DNA of 64,000 bases from positions 310,001 through 374,000 of the forward strand of contig NW_026782057.1 of the NCBI RefSeq assembly GCF_031769215.1, written 5' to 3'. Both the position numbers and the translations under genes were made by a program. The first letter of the stretch is position 1. Each line of letters opens with the position of its first letter. The notes beneath the pieces were generated by a model. The model did not search any database. It worked only from the letters and a program-made list of their open reading frames with translations, and had not been told where the DNA came from. The DNA comes from Ylistrum balloti. Its lineage: Eukaryota. This document shows, piece after piece, positions 37,421-50,047 of this stretch.

Positions 37421-39668
37421 TTCGAAAAGTCTGTGCGCGCCTTTTTTGGATTCCAAATTTGAAGCTAGACTGTAACGAACTTTTGGAATATTAAACATAC
37501 ATTTACGTCATTGTTCAGCAATTCAGCAAGGTAATTCAAGTTATCAGTCATTTCTATTTCATAGTTTTCAAAATAAATTTGTCATTTGCACTCTCTCTGC
37601 CGATTTTAGTCTTTTTTTATATTAACTTCAAGTACAATTGCCAAATCTATGTATCATAATTTCAAAGACTGTAAACCGGAAGCTGACTCTGAGAAAGAAC
37701 TATGTCATCAGCATACACCAATAGCGAAATATCTATTAGAAAAAGTGTTCACGCGACGTACTATTTAACGCATTATCAAGGTCGTTTACACAAGTAGAAT
37801 AAAGAAAGAGTGAAAACCCTTCACCCTGCATGAAGCCTTCTGTTCGGGACTTGTGTTTATGAACAGAAATCAAACAGCTGGGACTTGTATCCCACACATA
37901 AACCATTATTAGAGGACTTCAAAATATCTAAGAACTTTCCTCTTACTCAACTTCGATACATTTCAAAGAAAACCTGTATTTGTTCACAATATCGAAAATC
38001 GTGTGGTAGTCTACAAAACAGAAGTATAACTTCTGTCTTTTTGCGATTGCTTTTATGATACCATGTAAAATAAATGTGACGTCATAGTAGTCAACTCCTA
38101 GCAACTCATAGAGTTTACGACTTTAGCGTAGATCTGCAACATTCAAGATGGTGGCGGGCATGGTGAACGTGAGTAGTTCGTTTGGAGAAAAAAATATGCT
38201 GGAGCCCATATTTCTGTCTCCAAGGATACATTTGGACAACGTCAGTAGTTTGTACTAGTCTTTATATATTGCATGTATTACATGGAATTAAATTGTAGTT
38301 CTGTGTTGTCTGTAATTCGGACGTTTTTGACATGGGTGATTGCACGCTATATTATATATATATCTATATTATAAATATATTCTATATTATATATATACAC
38401 TAAATTATATATATATATACAGCAAGGTAAACTCAGTCGTAAGAACCGAGTACGATCGGCGATTCGTTACGCTCCAGTGCCTATCACCACGTGCATTGCA
38501 TGTGCTTGTATTGGCACGCTCTATTGCACACAATGAGTTTCATACTTTCGATTCCGGACACCTGTTATTGCACTAATGCAGATCTAGTATTCCTGAACTG
38601 TCAATCCTACCTATCACATGCAGTAGACTTATAATATGTTGTACATTGTGTATATCGCTGATTCTAAAGAAAGAAGGCCATGTTTTTTGTCATGGGTGAT
38701 CTTAACAGAAGGACCAGCAATGAACCAGATTACATTGTTCACGATGTTTTAAATAACGCCTTACATGAGGTTATCGATAATGTTATTTCTTACAGCAATG
38801 AAATGTGTCATAATGTTAGAGTGTACCAAGATTCTCATGCGGATCCATTTGGTCGTCGATTGTTGCGATCATGTAAAACTACAGTTTGCGTATTTTGAAT
38901 GGTCGAACGGTAGGTGATTTGGATGGAAAGATCATATTTTAACAATGTTTTGGGTATTAGTGTAATTGATTACGTGCTCGGTAGTTCTGCACCGATTCGA
39001 ACCTTCGTTAACTCTTATGAAGTCGGCCTTTTTAATGAATTTTCCTACCATGGCCCAATATTACTTAGGCTGGAAAGTGAAGATGTTGTAATAATGATAA
39101 CGCAACTAATACAGTAACTACGGTTTCTTGGTGTAGAGATACCAAAGAAATGTCTTTTGAGCTATCTGTTCAATGGTTCTGTAAATGAACTATGCGATTC
39201 TAGTGAAAATATTGATAATTGCCTTGAAGTTTTGATTAATAATGTTCATTCCTTGTTTGACTGGTTTTACTGTAGGAAAAACGTAGTTCCAAGCTGTCAG
39301 TGCTCGTGTCATGATTTGCGTCGTCGTGTTATTTTTTTCAATTCAAATTTTATTCCGAGGGCCTTACGGCCCATAGGTATACAATTACATACATGAATAT
39401 ACTGTCATTCATACAGTTAATTGGAGTGATCTCTCGTACAATCATGTAGAAAACATATACATAACACTCACGCACACAACAAAAACACCCTCACTCATTT
39501 ATTAAAACCCCTGACAAACGCAGAATTTAAGCGTTTATACGAGATTTTTAAGTCTGCACTGTTTGAATTTTAAAAAATTTAAATCTGTATGTAAAAGAGA
39601 ACATTTGACTGTATAAAAAAGCGCTATGCATTGTAAGCATTTAAAACGAAGCGTTCGTATCTCCAAAT

Positions 39669-39918
39669 CAGGGCCGTAGCTAGCCCAGCAGAAATGTGTA
39701 AGCCCAGGCGAGAAAAAGGACGGGAAATGAATTTCATGATTTCAAAGATGTTTTGAATCGTTTTCTGAGACAGTTTTTTTTATTTATTTAACAACAAACT
39801 TCAAACCCTGATATTTATTTTCAACCTTAGTTTTGTAATTTTGTCCGACATACTCTATGCACGGACTTTTTTTATGTGTAAGCCCGGGCTTTTTCTTTCT
39901 ATGGAAGCTACGGCCCTG
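39669..39918. mobile_element. 250-bp MITE with 13-bp TIR CAGGGCCGTAGCT and an apparent 5-bp TSD
   Basis: CAGGGCCGTAGCT at 39669 and AGCTACGGCCCTG ending at 39918. CAAAT at 39664-39668 and 39919-39923. Internal direct motif ATGTGTAAGCCC(A/G)GG near both ends. Confidence 0.85.
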
Positions 39919-40493
39919 CAAATGGAAGACGTTTATTGTCATGGAGCGAATTAGAAAATGTCATTGCGGACGCTCAATTTGGTTTCCGAACCGGAAGTGG
40001 TACACATTATGCAATTTTTGTTCTAAATACCTTTATTATTAAAAATTTACAAAGTTGTAATAAACGACTGTATTGTGTTTTTGTCGATAACCAAAAGGTT
40101 TTAGACATCATATCGCATGATAAATTATGGTTCAAACTATGGAAGTTAGGTATTAGAGATCGACTGCTAAATGTTAATAGATCTATATGATAATGTTAAA
40201 TCTTGTGTAAAATTAATTGGTACTTTATCTCCCATGTACGCCCTCCAGATCGGATTATTACAAGGGGAATCTTTATCTCCGATTTTATTTTCATTGTTTA
40301 ACAATGATGTGGAGTCCGAACGTATCCATTCAAATTGTCAGAATTACCAATTACAGTTGCTAAACCTTTTTATAATTTTGTACGCGGACAACGCGGTCTT
40401 GTTTTCTGAAGACGTTTGATCACTTGTTTTTGTACGCTGAATGTTGGAATTTAAATGTAAATGTAGGTAAAACTAAAGTAATAATATTTAGAG

Positions 40494-42510
40494 AAACAAG
40501 AGGCCCATGGGCCTTAACGGTCATCTGACAAAAAGCAAGCCAAACCTAGAAAGTGGGTTGAGATCATTCATTTGAACAAACTTGGTAGCCTCTCCTCCAA
40601 GCATCTTACAGGCCCAATATCAGCACTCATGGACTTTTGCTTGTTGAGAAGAAGTCGTTTGTATATTTTAACATATTTGACCCCTGTGACCTTGAAAGTG
40701 GGCCAAGGTCATTCATTTGAACAAACTTTGTAGGGCTCCATGCCAGCATGCTATGGGCCAAGTATTAGCCCCCTAGGCCTTCTAGTATTTGAGAAGAAGT
40801 TATTTAAAGATTTTGACATATTTGACCCCTGCGACCTTGAAAGTTGTTCAAGGTCATTCATTTAAATAAACTTGGTAGCCTTTCCTCCCAGCATGCTACA
40901 GACCCAATATCGGCACTCATAGACTTTTGCTTATTGAGATGAAGTCCTTTGTATATTTTAACATATTTGACCCCTGTGACCTTGAAAGTGGGCCAAGGTC
41001 ATTCATTTGAACAAACTTTGTAGGGCTCCATGCCAGCATGCTATGGGCCAAGTATTAGCCCCCTAGGCCTTCTAGTATTTGAGAAGAAGTTATTTAAAGA
41101 TTTTGACATATTTGACCCCTGTGACCTTGAAAAATGTTCAAGGTCATTCATTTAAACATACTTGATAGCCCTTCATCCCAGCATGCCACAGGCACAATAT
41201 CAGCAATCTGAGCCTTTTGGTTATTGAGAAGAAGTTGTTTAAAGATTTTAACATATTTGACCCCTGTGACCTTTAAAGTGGGTCAAGGTCATTCATTTGA
41301 ACAAACTTGGTAGTCCTTCATCCCAGCATGTCACAGGCCCAATATCTACACTCTGAGCCTTTTGGTTAATGAGAAGAAGTTGTTTAAAGATTTTAACATA
41401 TTTGACCCCTGTGACCTTGAAAGTGGGTTGAGGTCATTCATTTAAATAAACTTGGTAGCCTTTCCTCCCAGCATGCTACAGACCCAATATCGGCACTCAT
41501 AGACTTTTGCTTATTGAGATGAAGTCCTTTGTATATTTTAACATATTTGACCCCTGTGACCTTGAAAGTGGGCCAAGGTCATTCATTTGAACAAACTTTG
41601 TAGGGCTCCATGCCAGCATGCTATGGGCCAAGTATTAGCCCCCTAGGCCTTCTAGTATTTGAGAAGAAGTTATTTAAAGATTTTGACATATTTGACCCCT
41701 GTGACCTTGAAAGTTGTTCAAGGTCATTCATTTAAATAAACTTGGTAGCCTTTCCTCCCAGCATGCTACAGACCCAATATCGGCACTCATAGACTTTTGC
41801 TTATTGAGATGAAGTCCTTTGTATATTTTAACATATTTGACCCCTGTGACCTTGAAAGTGGGCCAAGGTCATTCATTTGAACAAACTTTGTAGGGCTCCA
41901 TGCCAGCATGCTATGGGCCAAGTATTAGCCCCCTAGGCCTTCTAGTATTTGAGAAGAAGTTATTTAAAGATTTTGACATATTTGACCCCTGTGACCTTGA
42001 AAGTTGTTCAAGGTCATTCATTTAAACAAACTTGATAGCCCTTCATCCCAGCATGCCACAGGCACAATATCAGCAATCTGAGCCTTTTGGTTATTGAGAA
42101 GAAGTTGTTTAAAGATTTTAACATATTTGACCCCTGTGACCTTTAAAGTGGGTCAAGGTCATTCATTTGAACAAACTTGGTAGTCCTTCATCCCAGCATG
42201 TCACAGGCCCAATATCTACACTCTGAGCCTTTTGGTTAATGAGAAGAAGTTGTTTAAAGATTTTAACATATTTGACCCCTGTGACCTTTAAAGTGGGTCA
42301 AGGTCATTCATTTGAACAAACTTGGTAGAGCTCCATGCCAGTATCCTCTGTGCCAAGTATTAGCCCCCTAGACCTTCTAGTATTTGAGAAGAAGTCGTTT
42401 GAATGAAAAGTTTACGGACGGCGCACGGCGGACGGCGCACGGCGCACGGCGACGGACGAAGCATGATGACTATAGGTCATCGGACCCTTCGGGTCCAGAT
42501 GACCTAAAAA
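40494..42510 (-). mobile_element. Helentron-associated non-autonomous element (HINE/DINE-1/pearl type) carrying ~13 monomers of a 145-bp satellite
   Basis: On the minus strand: 5' TTTTTAGGTCATCTGGACCCGAAGGGTCCGATGACC hairpin, CCGT/GCCG microsatellite, tandem array, matching TCAGATGACC sub-terminal repeat, 3' palindrome AGGCCCATGGGCCT, then CTTGTTT. Inserted in a T-rich site. TTGACCCC recurs every 145 bp from 40677 to 42272. Confidence 0.9.
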
Positions 42511-43380
42511 ACCTGTATTTTTCCTAACGAGCAATGAACATATATCACGGTAGGCCTATTGATACAGTGGACAACTTTTCCTAGCTTGGTCTAGTGTTAA
42601 ACTATAATGCCCCTTTTATCTTAGCATTAGATAACATTGCGGCCAAAGGCAGAAAGGCTTGTTTTTTTATTGAATAGAAAATTAAGAAATTTCGTGTTAA
42701 ACTGTGAAACAAAGTTGTCGTTATTCGACACTTTTATTACTTCTTTGCTTAACTATGCTTGTAAAATCTGGGGATCCAGTCCTGCAAACAAAATTGAAAA
42801 AGTACATTTGCATTTTGTGAAGGAAGTTCTTGTAGTGAAAAAGTGAATAATTCTATTGTTTACTTAGTTTCCTTTACAAATAAAACGTAAAATATCGATT
42901 ATAAAGTACTGGGCAAAGTTACTAAGTACATAAAAGTACTGGTTAAAGTTACTTAGTACATACCAATAATTTTAATAGCATTTTGAGATCTTGTTACGAG
43001 GAACTTGTCGAATTGAATTCGAATAAACCTAATTTTGTTTACCAAGTGAAATTGGAATTATACAGAACATGCTTTTATAATGTTTGGTTCAATCCGTTCA
43101 TATTTAGTGAGAAACAGATTGTGGTCTCGTAAACCCAACGTGAGAAAAGATGATTTGATTCAAGAGGTGAGAGACGTTCTGGAAAATTCTTCCAAATGTG
43201 GTTTGTATAGATACATTGTTGATCCTTATGATGTGCAGTTTTACCTCACTAAATCTCTCACTTATAAGTATAAAACCATCCTCAGTAAGTATCGGTTACA
43301 GTCCCACACATAAAGTATAGAAACAGGCAGATATAACGGTATTTCCAGAGCCCAAAGGAGTTGTCCTTTGTAATAGTGAT

Positions 43381-44597
43381 GGCTTGATTACAGCCGTCAA
43401 GTGTTTCTTGAGAAAACATGACTTCCATCCATTAGGACTATTTCAGCCTTTTATACCACTTCTATGGGAATTTTTTTTTATAAAAGTCAAAAAGGTGCCA
43501 AAGACTTCTACAATGCTATTATTAAGCCAGCTCCAACCCCTACTACTATTCGAAAATGGAGTGATGAGTTTGACTTTGATGATCAGAAGTGGAAAAATAT
43601 ATTAATAATTCTGTTTACTATTACAAAAAGTTCTAAGCTACAGTGGTTTCAAGTAAGGATTATACATCACATTCTGGTTTCGAACTCCTTTCTTTTCATT
43701 ATTAATTTAATACCTAGCTCTTTATGTACACTATGTAATATGGAAAGAGAAACTATCGTTCACTGTCTATGGGAGTGTATAGAGGTACAGACTCTATTGG
43801 AGAGATTTGAATCTCTTCTTGATATTCTTCTGATTCCTTTCTGGATAAACAAAGAAACATATTTATTTGGAATTATCCATCCTAATGCTAACACTGTAGA
43901 TAACGAAATTTTAATTCTCATTAAACACTCTGTTTAAGTAAATGTCAAGATGTCTACAAAAATCTCTTAATTTAAATGCTCTTATAAATAAGATTAAGGA
44001 TCATTTCCATGTTCAAAAGTACATTTCCAGCAAAAACACTTAAGAAAACAATTTCGAGAATAATTGTAAAAAAATGGATGCCCATTTTGGAACTATAGTA
44101 TGTATGCTAACAAGTCTGTTCCCAATGGCCATGGCCTTGACTTTACCAAACTGACTTTAAATTTATTGAATTTCCACAAAATTAGTGCTATTTTTATTTA
44201 ATAATGATTATAACCCTCCCAATTCTCTCTCTTTTTATATATATATATATGTATTCATGAGTGAGTATGTGTGAGAAAATATCTTTGATAAGTGTAAATG
44301 ATATTGTATGTGTGTGTGTGTGTGTGTGAGTATTTTGTTAAGTACATTAAGTAAGTTTGCTATGTGAGTGTAAGTGGGTGTGAATGTTGATGAGTGAGTT
44401 TGTGTGCAGTAAGTAGTAGATACATGTGCATGATGATGATGATGATGATGCATGTATATGTGTAAGACATATTCAAGTAAGAGCACACAAGTGTGAGAGT
44501 GTGGTTGTATGTTTTTGTGTGGTTTCTCATGTATATTGTGTAATATGTAAAAACTTGTCAAAAAATAAAAGAATTACAAAAAAAAAAAAAAAAAAAA
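43381..44597 (+). mobile_element. 5'-truncated L1/Tx1-clade LINE with 3'UTR and poly(A)
   Basis: ORF 43464-43937 has KLQWFQVRIIHHIL and a CCHC-type finger CTLCNMERETIVHCLWEC. TG/ATG microsatellite-rich UTR, AATAAA at 44564, A20 at 44578-44597. Confidence 0.88.
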
Positions 44598-45419
44598 GTT
44601 TATTCAGAGCTCAGAATCAAATATATTAAACCCTATTACTTCCGTTGTCCGTCTGTCTTCAAATTAATACAGCTGTTGTCCTGCAAAAATGTGGAGAGTT
44701 TGAGAAATCTTAGTAAATATGTTATTTATTCTACTTCTAAAAGAAAGTCTCTTCTTAACATTTAATCAAATGATATATTTCTAGCTTAATGCTACTGACA
44801 ATCATTGTATATTTTCATTGGTTCTTGTATGTTGATAATGTTGTAAAGTCATTCGCCATTTTGCTGTAAATGTAATATTATTAAAAATATATATATATAT
44901 ATATATGATCCTTTTGTAATCCTACATGCTATTCGCATTTGGAATAAAGGAATTATGTGAAAAAAATTGATTTAATGAGAAAAAAAATCATATCTCAAAA
45001 CTATCAATGCAGGCATATATCTACTTTATCGATCGTTATAGACTTTTGTAGTAGCGATACACTGTCTGCTGTGAACTTGGTATTTATTTATTTAAGGACC
45101 AAATAACTTGTAATCACTCATGTAAGACTGGTTTATAATTGTGTAAATCTGATACATGTGTGACACTTCTTTTGCTTAAACTGCAATAAAAAAATGATGT
45201 CATGCATATCTGGATTATTTCACAATTTTATTAAAGATTCGATAGGACCTTAATAAATTCAAAATGACTTGGAAAGTTTTTTTTCTGTCATGTTTTCCAA
45301 ATAATGAATTTCGTTTTCGTTTCATTCTAAATTCATGAAATTCTATTCAGTTTCGATTTTACTTACTTAGACTTGTTTCAAAATTCTCATATTAAACTAA
45401 ATTATGTAAGTACTTGTAG

Positions 45420-45960
45420 AGTTGAAGATATTTGACCCCAGTGACCTTGAAAGCTAGTCAAGGTCATTCCTCATACCGAGCTACATACTTCACTGCAGTA
45501 CTCTAGGCCTAATGGTTATTAAAAAGAAGCATTTGAAGATTTTGACACATTGGACTCCTGTGATTTGGAAAGTAGGTCAAACTCATTCATCTGAGTAAGC
45601 ATTGCAACCCTCTATCGCAACACCTAAATACCCAATATCAGTACCCTGGGCCTCTTGGTTATTAAAAAGGAGTTGTTTGAAGATATTACTACATTTGGCT
45701 CACGTGATCTTGAATGTGAATCAATATCATTCATTCAAGCATACTGCATGTCCAATATCACTACATTTGACTCAATTGACCTGTAAAGTGAGTCAAGGTC
45801 ATTCATTTGAACCAACTTGGAAGTCCTTCATCTAATCATGCTAAAGACCCAATATCAGCACACTGAGCCTTTTCATTATGTGAACAAGTCTTTTAAATCA
45901 ACATTGTCTGAAATTGTTCCAAGGTGTCAGCTCACTTGCCCTTCGGGCAGGTAAGTATAT
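45420..45960 (-). mobile_element. Old degenerate HINE with ~3 diverged satellite monomers
   Basis: TTTGACCCCAGTGACCTTGAAAGCTAGTCAAGGTCATTC and related monomers. Terminal hairpin-like GCTCACTTGCCCTTCGGGCAGGTAAG near 45930. Confidence 0.7.
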
Positions 45961-47084
45961 GTTTTTGTGTGAAAGTGATAGAATTATAGGATTCCAATTG
46001 TTTTTCCTTAAAATAGGAGCCACATCACATACCAAGTAGACATGGCATTTCAAAGCCAGCAATCAAATGTATTTTTGAGTCAAAACACAATTTCAATGTC
46101 AATGAGAGTGTTAGCTGTTATAATATTGGAGAGGTTGGGTATTTTATATTGGTATAACTTCCCTGTGGTCACTGCTTTTTCAAGCATACACATACCTAAT
46201 ATTCTCTATGTGTCAATGGTAAAGCAATGTCTAGGACATAAATAAACTTAATGATACTAAGCCAAGTGGTATATGGGCCATTTGGAGTGGCATAGACAAA
46301 CATCACAAATAAACAGTTCACAGATGATGGCAATATTGTAAGTAAATACTTACATGCATTCATGGGAGGGGATAGAAATAGCCATGGTATATAATGAATT
46401 CTCAATTTTAAAGATCTTACTTGAGTATACATACAAATGTTTTGTGTACTTGACTGTTTTTTCATTAAAGTGGGATATGACATAAATTTCGAACGAGAAG
46501 TATAATCTTGCACAGTACAACAACTGTCATTACAGCCAATACCTGAAGATCACTTCATCCGATAGTTATTGACACCGAACTGCTTATACAGATTAGTTTT
46601 AGTAATATGAATATTGATTACGAAACAATTGAAAAACCAAAGCAAACAGATAACAAAGCAATTATCCATGACCTGTACTTAATCATTTCCGTACACTTTT
46701 ATTCTGAAAACCTAATCTAACAGCTCTTATATCTACTATTGTCTCGTCCTACCGTATCTTAAAGCATTCTGAAGCCAGATAAAACGAATTCAAAAATATA
46801 TATCTGTTATAGTCATCATTACATCATACATTTCTCATTAAAAATTATTGCACTATGTAAGTAACAATGTCAACATAGTATATACATTTTACACACCTTC
46901 AATAATGCTTGCATGATTTGTCATTATTGTTTTTTTTTACCGTAAGTGAAATCAGTAGTATATATGATTACCGTAAACTGTTTACGTGCCTTGGAAATTT
47001 TGTTATATATCGACAAATGTATAGAGTGATAAGCTTATCAATAAAAAAAAATAAAAAAAAAAAAAAAATAACAGAGGTATCAAA

Positions 47085-47580
47085 ATACAAGAGCCCCATG
47101 GGCCTTAACGGTCATCTGACATAAAATACAAGATTTCAAATTTTGAACTTATTTCACCTGGATTCAAGAATCAAGGGCACTCAGACACTTTGAAAGTGGG
47201 TAAAGGTTATTCATATTCAACAAACTTCGTAAACCTTCATCCCAGCATGCTACAGGCCAAATATCATCACCCTGTGTGTTCTGGTTATTTAGAGGGTGTT
47301 TGAAGTAACAAACTTTGGTCAGTGCCATGTCATGATCATTTCATGCAAGTTTTGGCTCAATTGCACTGGTGGAACTTGAGAAGAAGTCAAAAAGGTGTTT
47401 TCAAGATGGCGGTCATGGCAGCCATCTTGGATTTCGGACCAACGCAAAATTAACAAACTTATGTCAGGATCATGTCACAATCATTTCTGGTAAGTTTCAG
47501 CTCAATGAGACATGTACAACTTGAGAAGAAGTTGAAAATGTTTACGACGGACGGCAGACAATCCCCGACAAAAGGCTAAA
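47085..47580 (-). mobile_element. Short HINE sharing one terminus with the 40494 element
   Basis: ACAAGAGCCCCATGGGCCTTAACGGTCATCTGAC is near-identical to the 40494 end. 1-2 diverged monomers; GACGGACGGCAGAC microsatellite near 47545. Confidence 0.8.
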
Positions 47581-48267
47581 AATCCAGTGATTGTTGAAAT
47601 TCACAAATCACCAGTTCACTATGGGTTGTCCTATGGTCATTCTGATGATACTATAACTATTGTCACTGGCCGTTGTACTGTAACTACACATTACTTTAAC
47701 TTTCAACTTGAGATCATAGTTACTTTAACCTCCAACATGAAATTATAATTTTTAAGTTCAAAATGTTTAGTATATTATTATCCAAGCCATAACTTTTAAA
47801 CCATTCAATATATTTTACCTGCACTAGACCAGGTGGCTGCGGTGACATGGCATGGTGATCTTCACCTCAAGTTCAAAGGTTAAAAAAGTGATGATTGTTG
47901 CTGTTACAAATTTACAAGTTTACTTAATATGCCTATATACAACATAATGACAAAAAGTTAAATAATATCATATGGCAGGTTGTCTGTAAATATTTGTGAT
48001 AACATTGAGTGTATAATGAATAAAAGATGATAATGCCTCTTATACATGGTATATGATAATAAATACTAGTTCATCTCCACACAACACACCACAGTGTATT
48101 GATGATGTGAGATCAGATATGATAAGCAACACAGTAAAAAGATGCAGAATTTACCAGATCTGATTATGGAATATGAAAACAGAATATATTACATATATCC
48201 ATTTCCATTTTGTAGCACCAATATATGCAGTAGTACAATTTTTTTTTACATAATTGTATTTAATGCT

Positions 48268-49326
48268 TTAACCAATCTTTAGTTCCAGGAACATTATTCC
48301 TGTTACTATTGCAAATCCTATGATTAGAAAACACACTTTTACTAATCTTATGTCACAAGAATTAAATTCATGAGGAAGGACTTCAAAGAATGTTATATAA
48401 AGAAATGTTCCACAGGCTATACCCTGGAGAATGCCTTGTACAAGTGTTGAAACTTCTGAATCCCACAGATCTATTATACCGATTCCAATCCCAATTCCAA
48501 CTGGAGCAGATAATCCAAATATGAATAAAGATCTTATTATTGCAGGCTTAGAAAGTTTACTCTGAACCAGACTCATGCCCAAACTGAAGCTGAGAATTCC
48601 TTTATGTAGTAGAAGGGCTGTGAATATATCCAGAACAGATTCTGTTTTCTTTTGAAGACCAACTGCTAGTCCTTCAAACAATGAGTGGATTGATATTGCA
48701 AGCAGCAACAGCAGAGAGCGAAGAGTGGAATGTTGGTGTACATAGTCAGTGTGGGTATGACTATCATGACTTGTCTGTCTGTAATAATTGTCATATGACG
48801 AAGCGAGTATAGGCTCATCACTTATACCAGATATTGAATGTTCACTAGAGATGGATCTGTTGAATCCCCTTGCGTCTATTTCATTGTCTAAGGTTTCACT
48901 ATCATCACTCAAAAGAGGTGTTTTGCTGTTAGGGTGGACATTACAACTCTGAGGTTGTGCTGAATGTCTTTCTTTGATAGTCAGGACTATTTGTTCGATT
49001 GTCAGTACTGTGAAGAGTCCAAATACCATAGAAAACTCCGCAACAGGAAATTCCGTTTTCAATTTTAGAGCATCCAGTGCCATTTCCAGATCTTTCCTGA
49101 CATCAGGGAGAAGTTCCAACAGACATGTGGCTAAGAAGACACCAGCTGCGAAACAGCTCAGTATACTTAACGTCCGTTTGTAACAAATTTGTTTGTGGAA
49201 ACTTATACCCCGCGCGCTTTGCCTCTGCATACACCTGACTATGAGTAATGGTAACAGTCCGAGGGCCAATGTGAACACAAACAGTCCACACATTACCAGG
49301 ACCTTCACAACTTGGACATCGACCAT
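48268..49326 (-). CDS. SLC39A: ZIP-family (SLC39 subfamily II) metal transporter, copy B; single coding exon; 352 aa
   Basis: CFAAGVFLATCLLELLPD, His-rich loop SHDSHTHTDYVHQH, HSLFEGLAVG, LHKG, GTFLYITFFEVLPHE. Confidence 0.96.
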   Translation of the reverse strand: MVDVQVVKVLVMCGLFVFTLALGLLPLLIVRCMQRQSARGISFHKQICYKRTLSILSCFAAGVFLATCLLELLPDVRKDLEMALDALKLKTEFPVAEFSMVFGLFTVLTIEQIVLTIKERHSAQPQSCNVHPNSKTPLLSDDSETLDNEIDARGFNRSISSEHSISGISDEPILASSYDNYYRQTSHDSHTHTDYVHQHSTLRSLLLLLAISIHSLFEGLAVGLQKKTESVLDIFTALLLHKGILSFSLGMSLVQSKLSKPAIIRSLFIFGLSAPVGIGIGIGIIDLWDSEVSTLVQGILQGIACGTFLYITFFEVLPHEFNSCDIRLVKVCFLIIGFAIVTGIMFLELKIG

Positions 49327-49553
49327 CTTGTCCGTCAGTAAAAGTTATTGAAGTTTCAGTGAAGGTCATATATCACGTGACAGTCTGGCATGACATTGTG
49401 TACATACGTCGTCATAATAGAAGTTAACAATGCTAAACAGTCCAGTTTGTGCCCTATGACATCCGGAAGTAGTTAAAAAATAGGATATGATAAAAACGAA
49501 TAGAAGAAACCAATATTCCGGAACTTTTCGGATCTTTTATCGATGCTGTAAGT
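49327..49553. promoter_or_regulatory. Probable compact bidirectional promoter (ZIP-B / plus-strand gene)
   Basis: Palindromic E-box TCACGTGA at 49373-49380 and ETS-type CCGGAAGT at 49463-49470. Plus-strand donor GTAAGT at 49548 fits a non-coding first exon spliced to the acceptor at 50044. Confidence 0.55.
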
Positions 49554-50047
49554 TTTATAACCAGTCTGTTGTAAAGGATTTTCACAATGTAAGCTCTAAG
49601 TGATATCAATACAGAAAGTACCATATTGAACTTGAATCCAATTGTTAATAAATAAAGATAATGTCTTGTACTTATATAGTATGAGTGCCGTTTCTACTTT
49701 TACAATGCTCAACATGGCCACATTGTAAACAATCGGGATATAATTCACTGACAAGGTATTCTCAATAGGGTTTTAAACTGTGATACACTATGTAGGTCGT
49801 ATAATGGTGTAGGCATATAAGCTAGTCTCTTTTAGCTAGATATAACAATTCCTGCTGAATCAGTGCGTGCTTACCGTTCTTCGCACACGTGCCTTGATCT
49901 AGTCCATCACTTGTCTAAAATGTGAAGTAAATAAAGATGTGAATATAAATAACTGCATTATTAATGTGAACATTGGTATTAGATTATCATTTGAGAGACA
50001 GAGATTGTCGGTCTAGATCAATCTTGTCACCTGATATTTTGCAGATC

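Larger units (their letters stand above)
38560..44960 (+). mobile_element. Decayed L2/CR1-group LINE ORF2 (APE + RT + C-terminal), split by several nested insertions
   Basis: APE motifs GDLNRRT and SVIDY (38690-39060). RT motifs AQFGFR, GLLQGESLSPILFSLF and LYADN (39970-40400). Resumes at 42511 (IDTVDNFS*LG...KLSLFDT), continues IETGRY...CPLCNSD to 43380, and resumes again after 44597 (YSELRIKYIKPYY...). Confidence 0.85.

Noticed and set aside
44235-44629. His-rich and Asp-rich ORFs
   Set aside because: Translations of TG/ATG microsatellites in the 3'UTR of the L1/Tx1 fragment.
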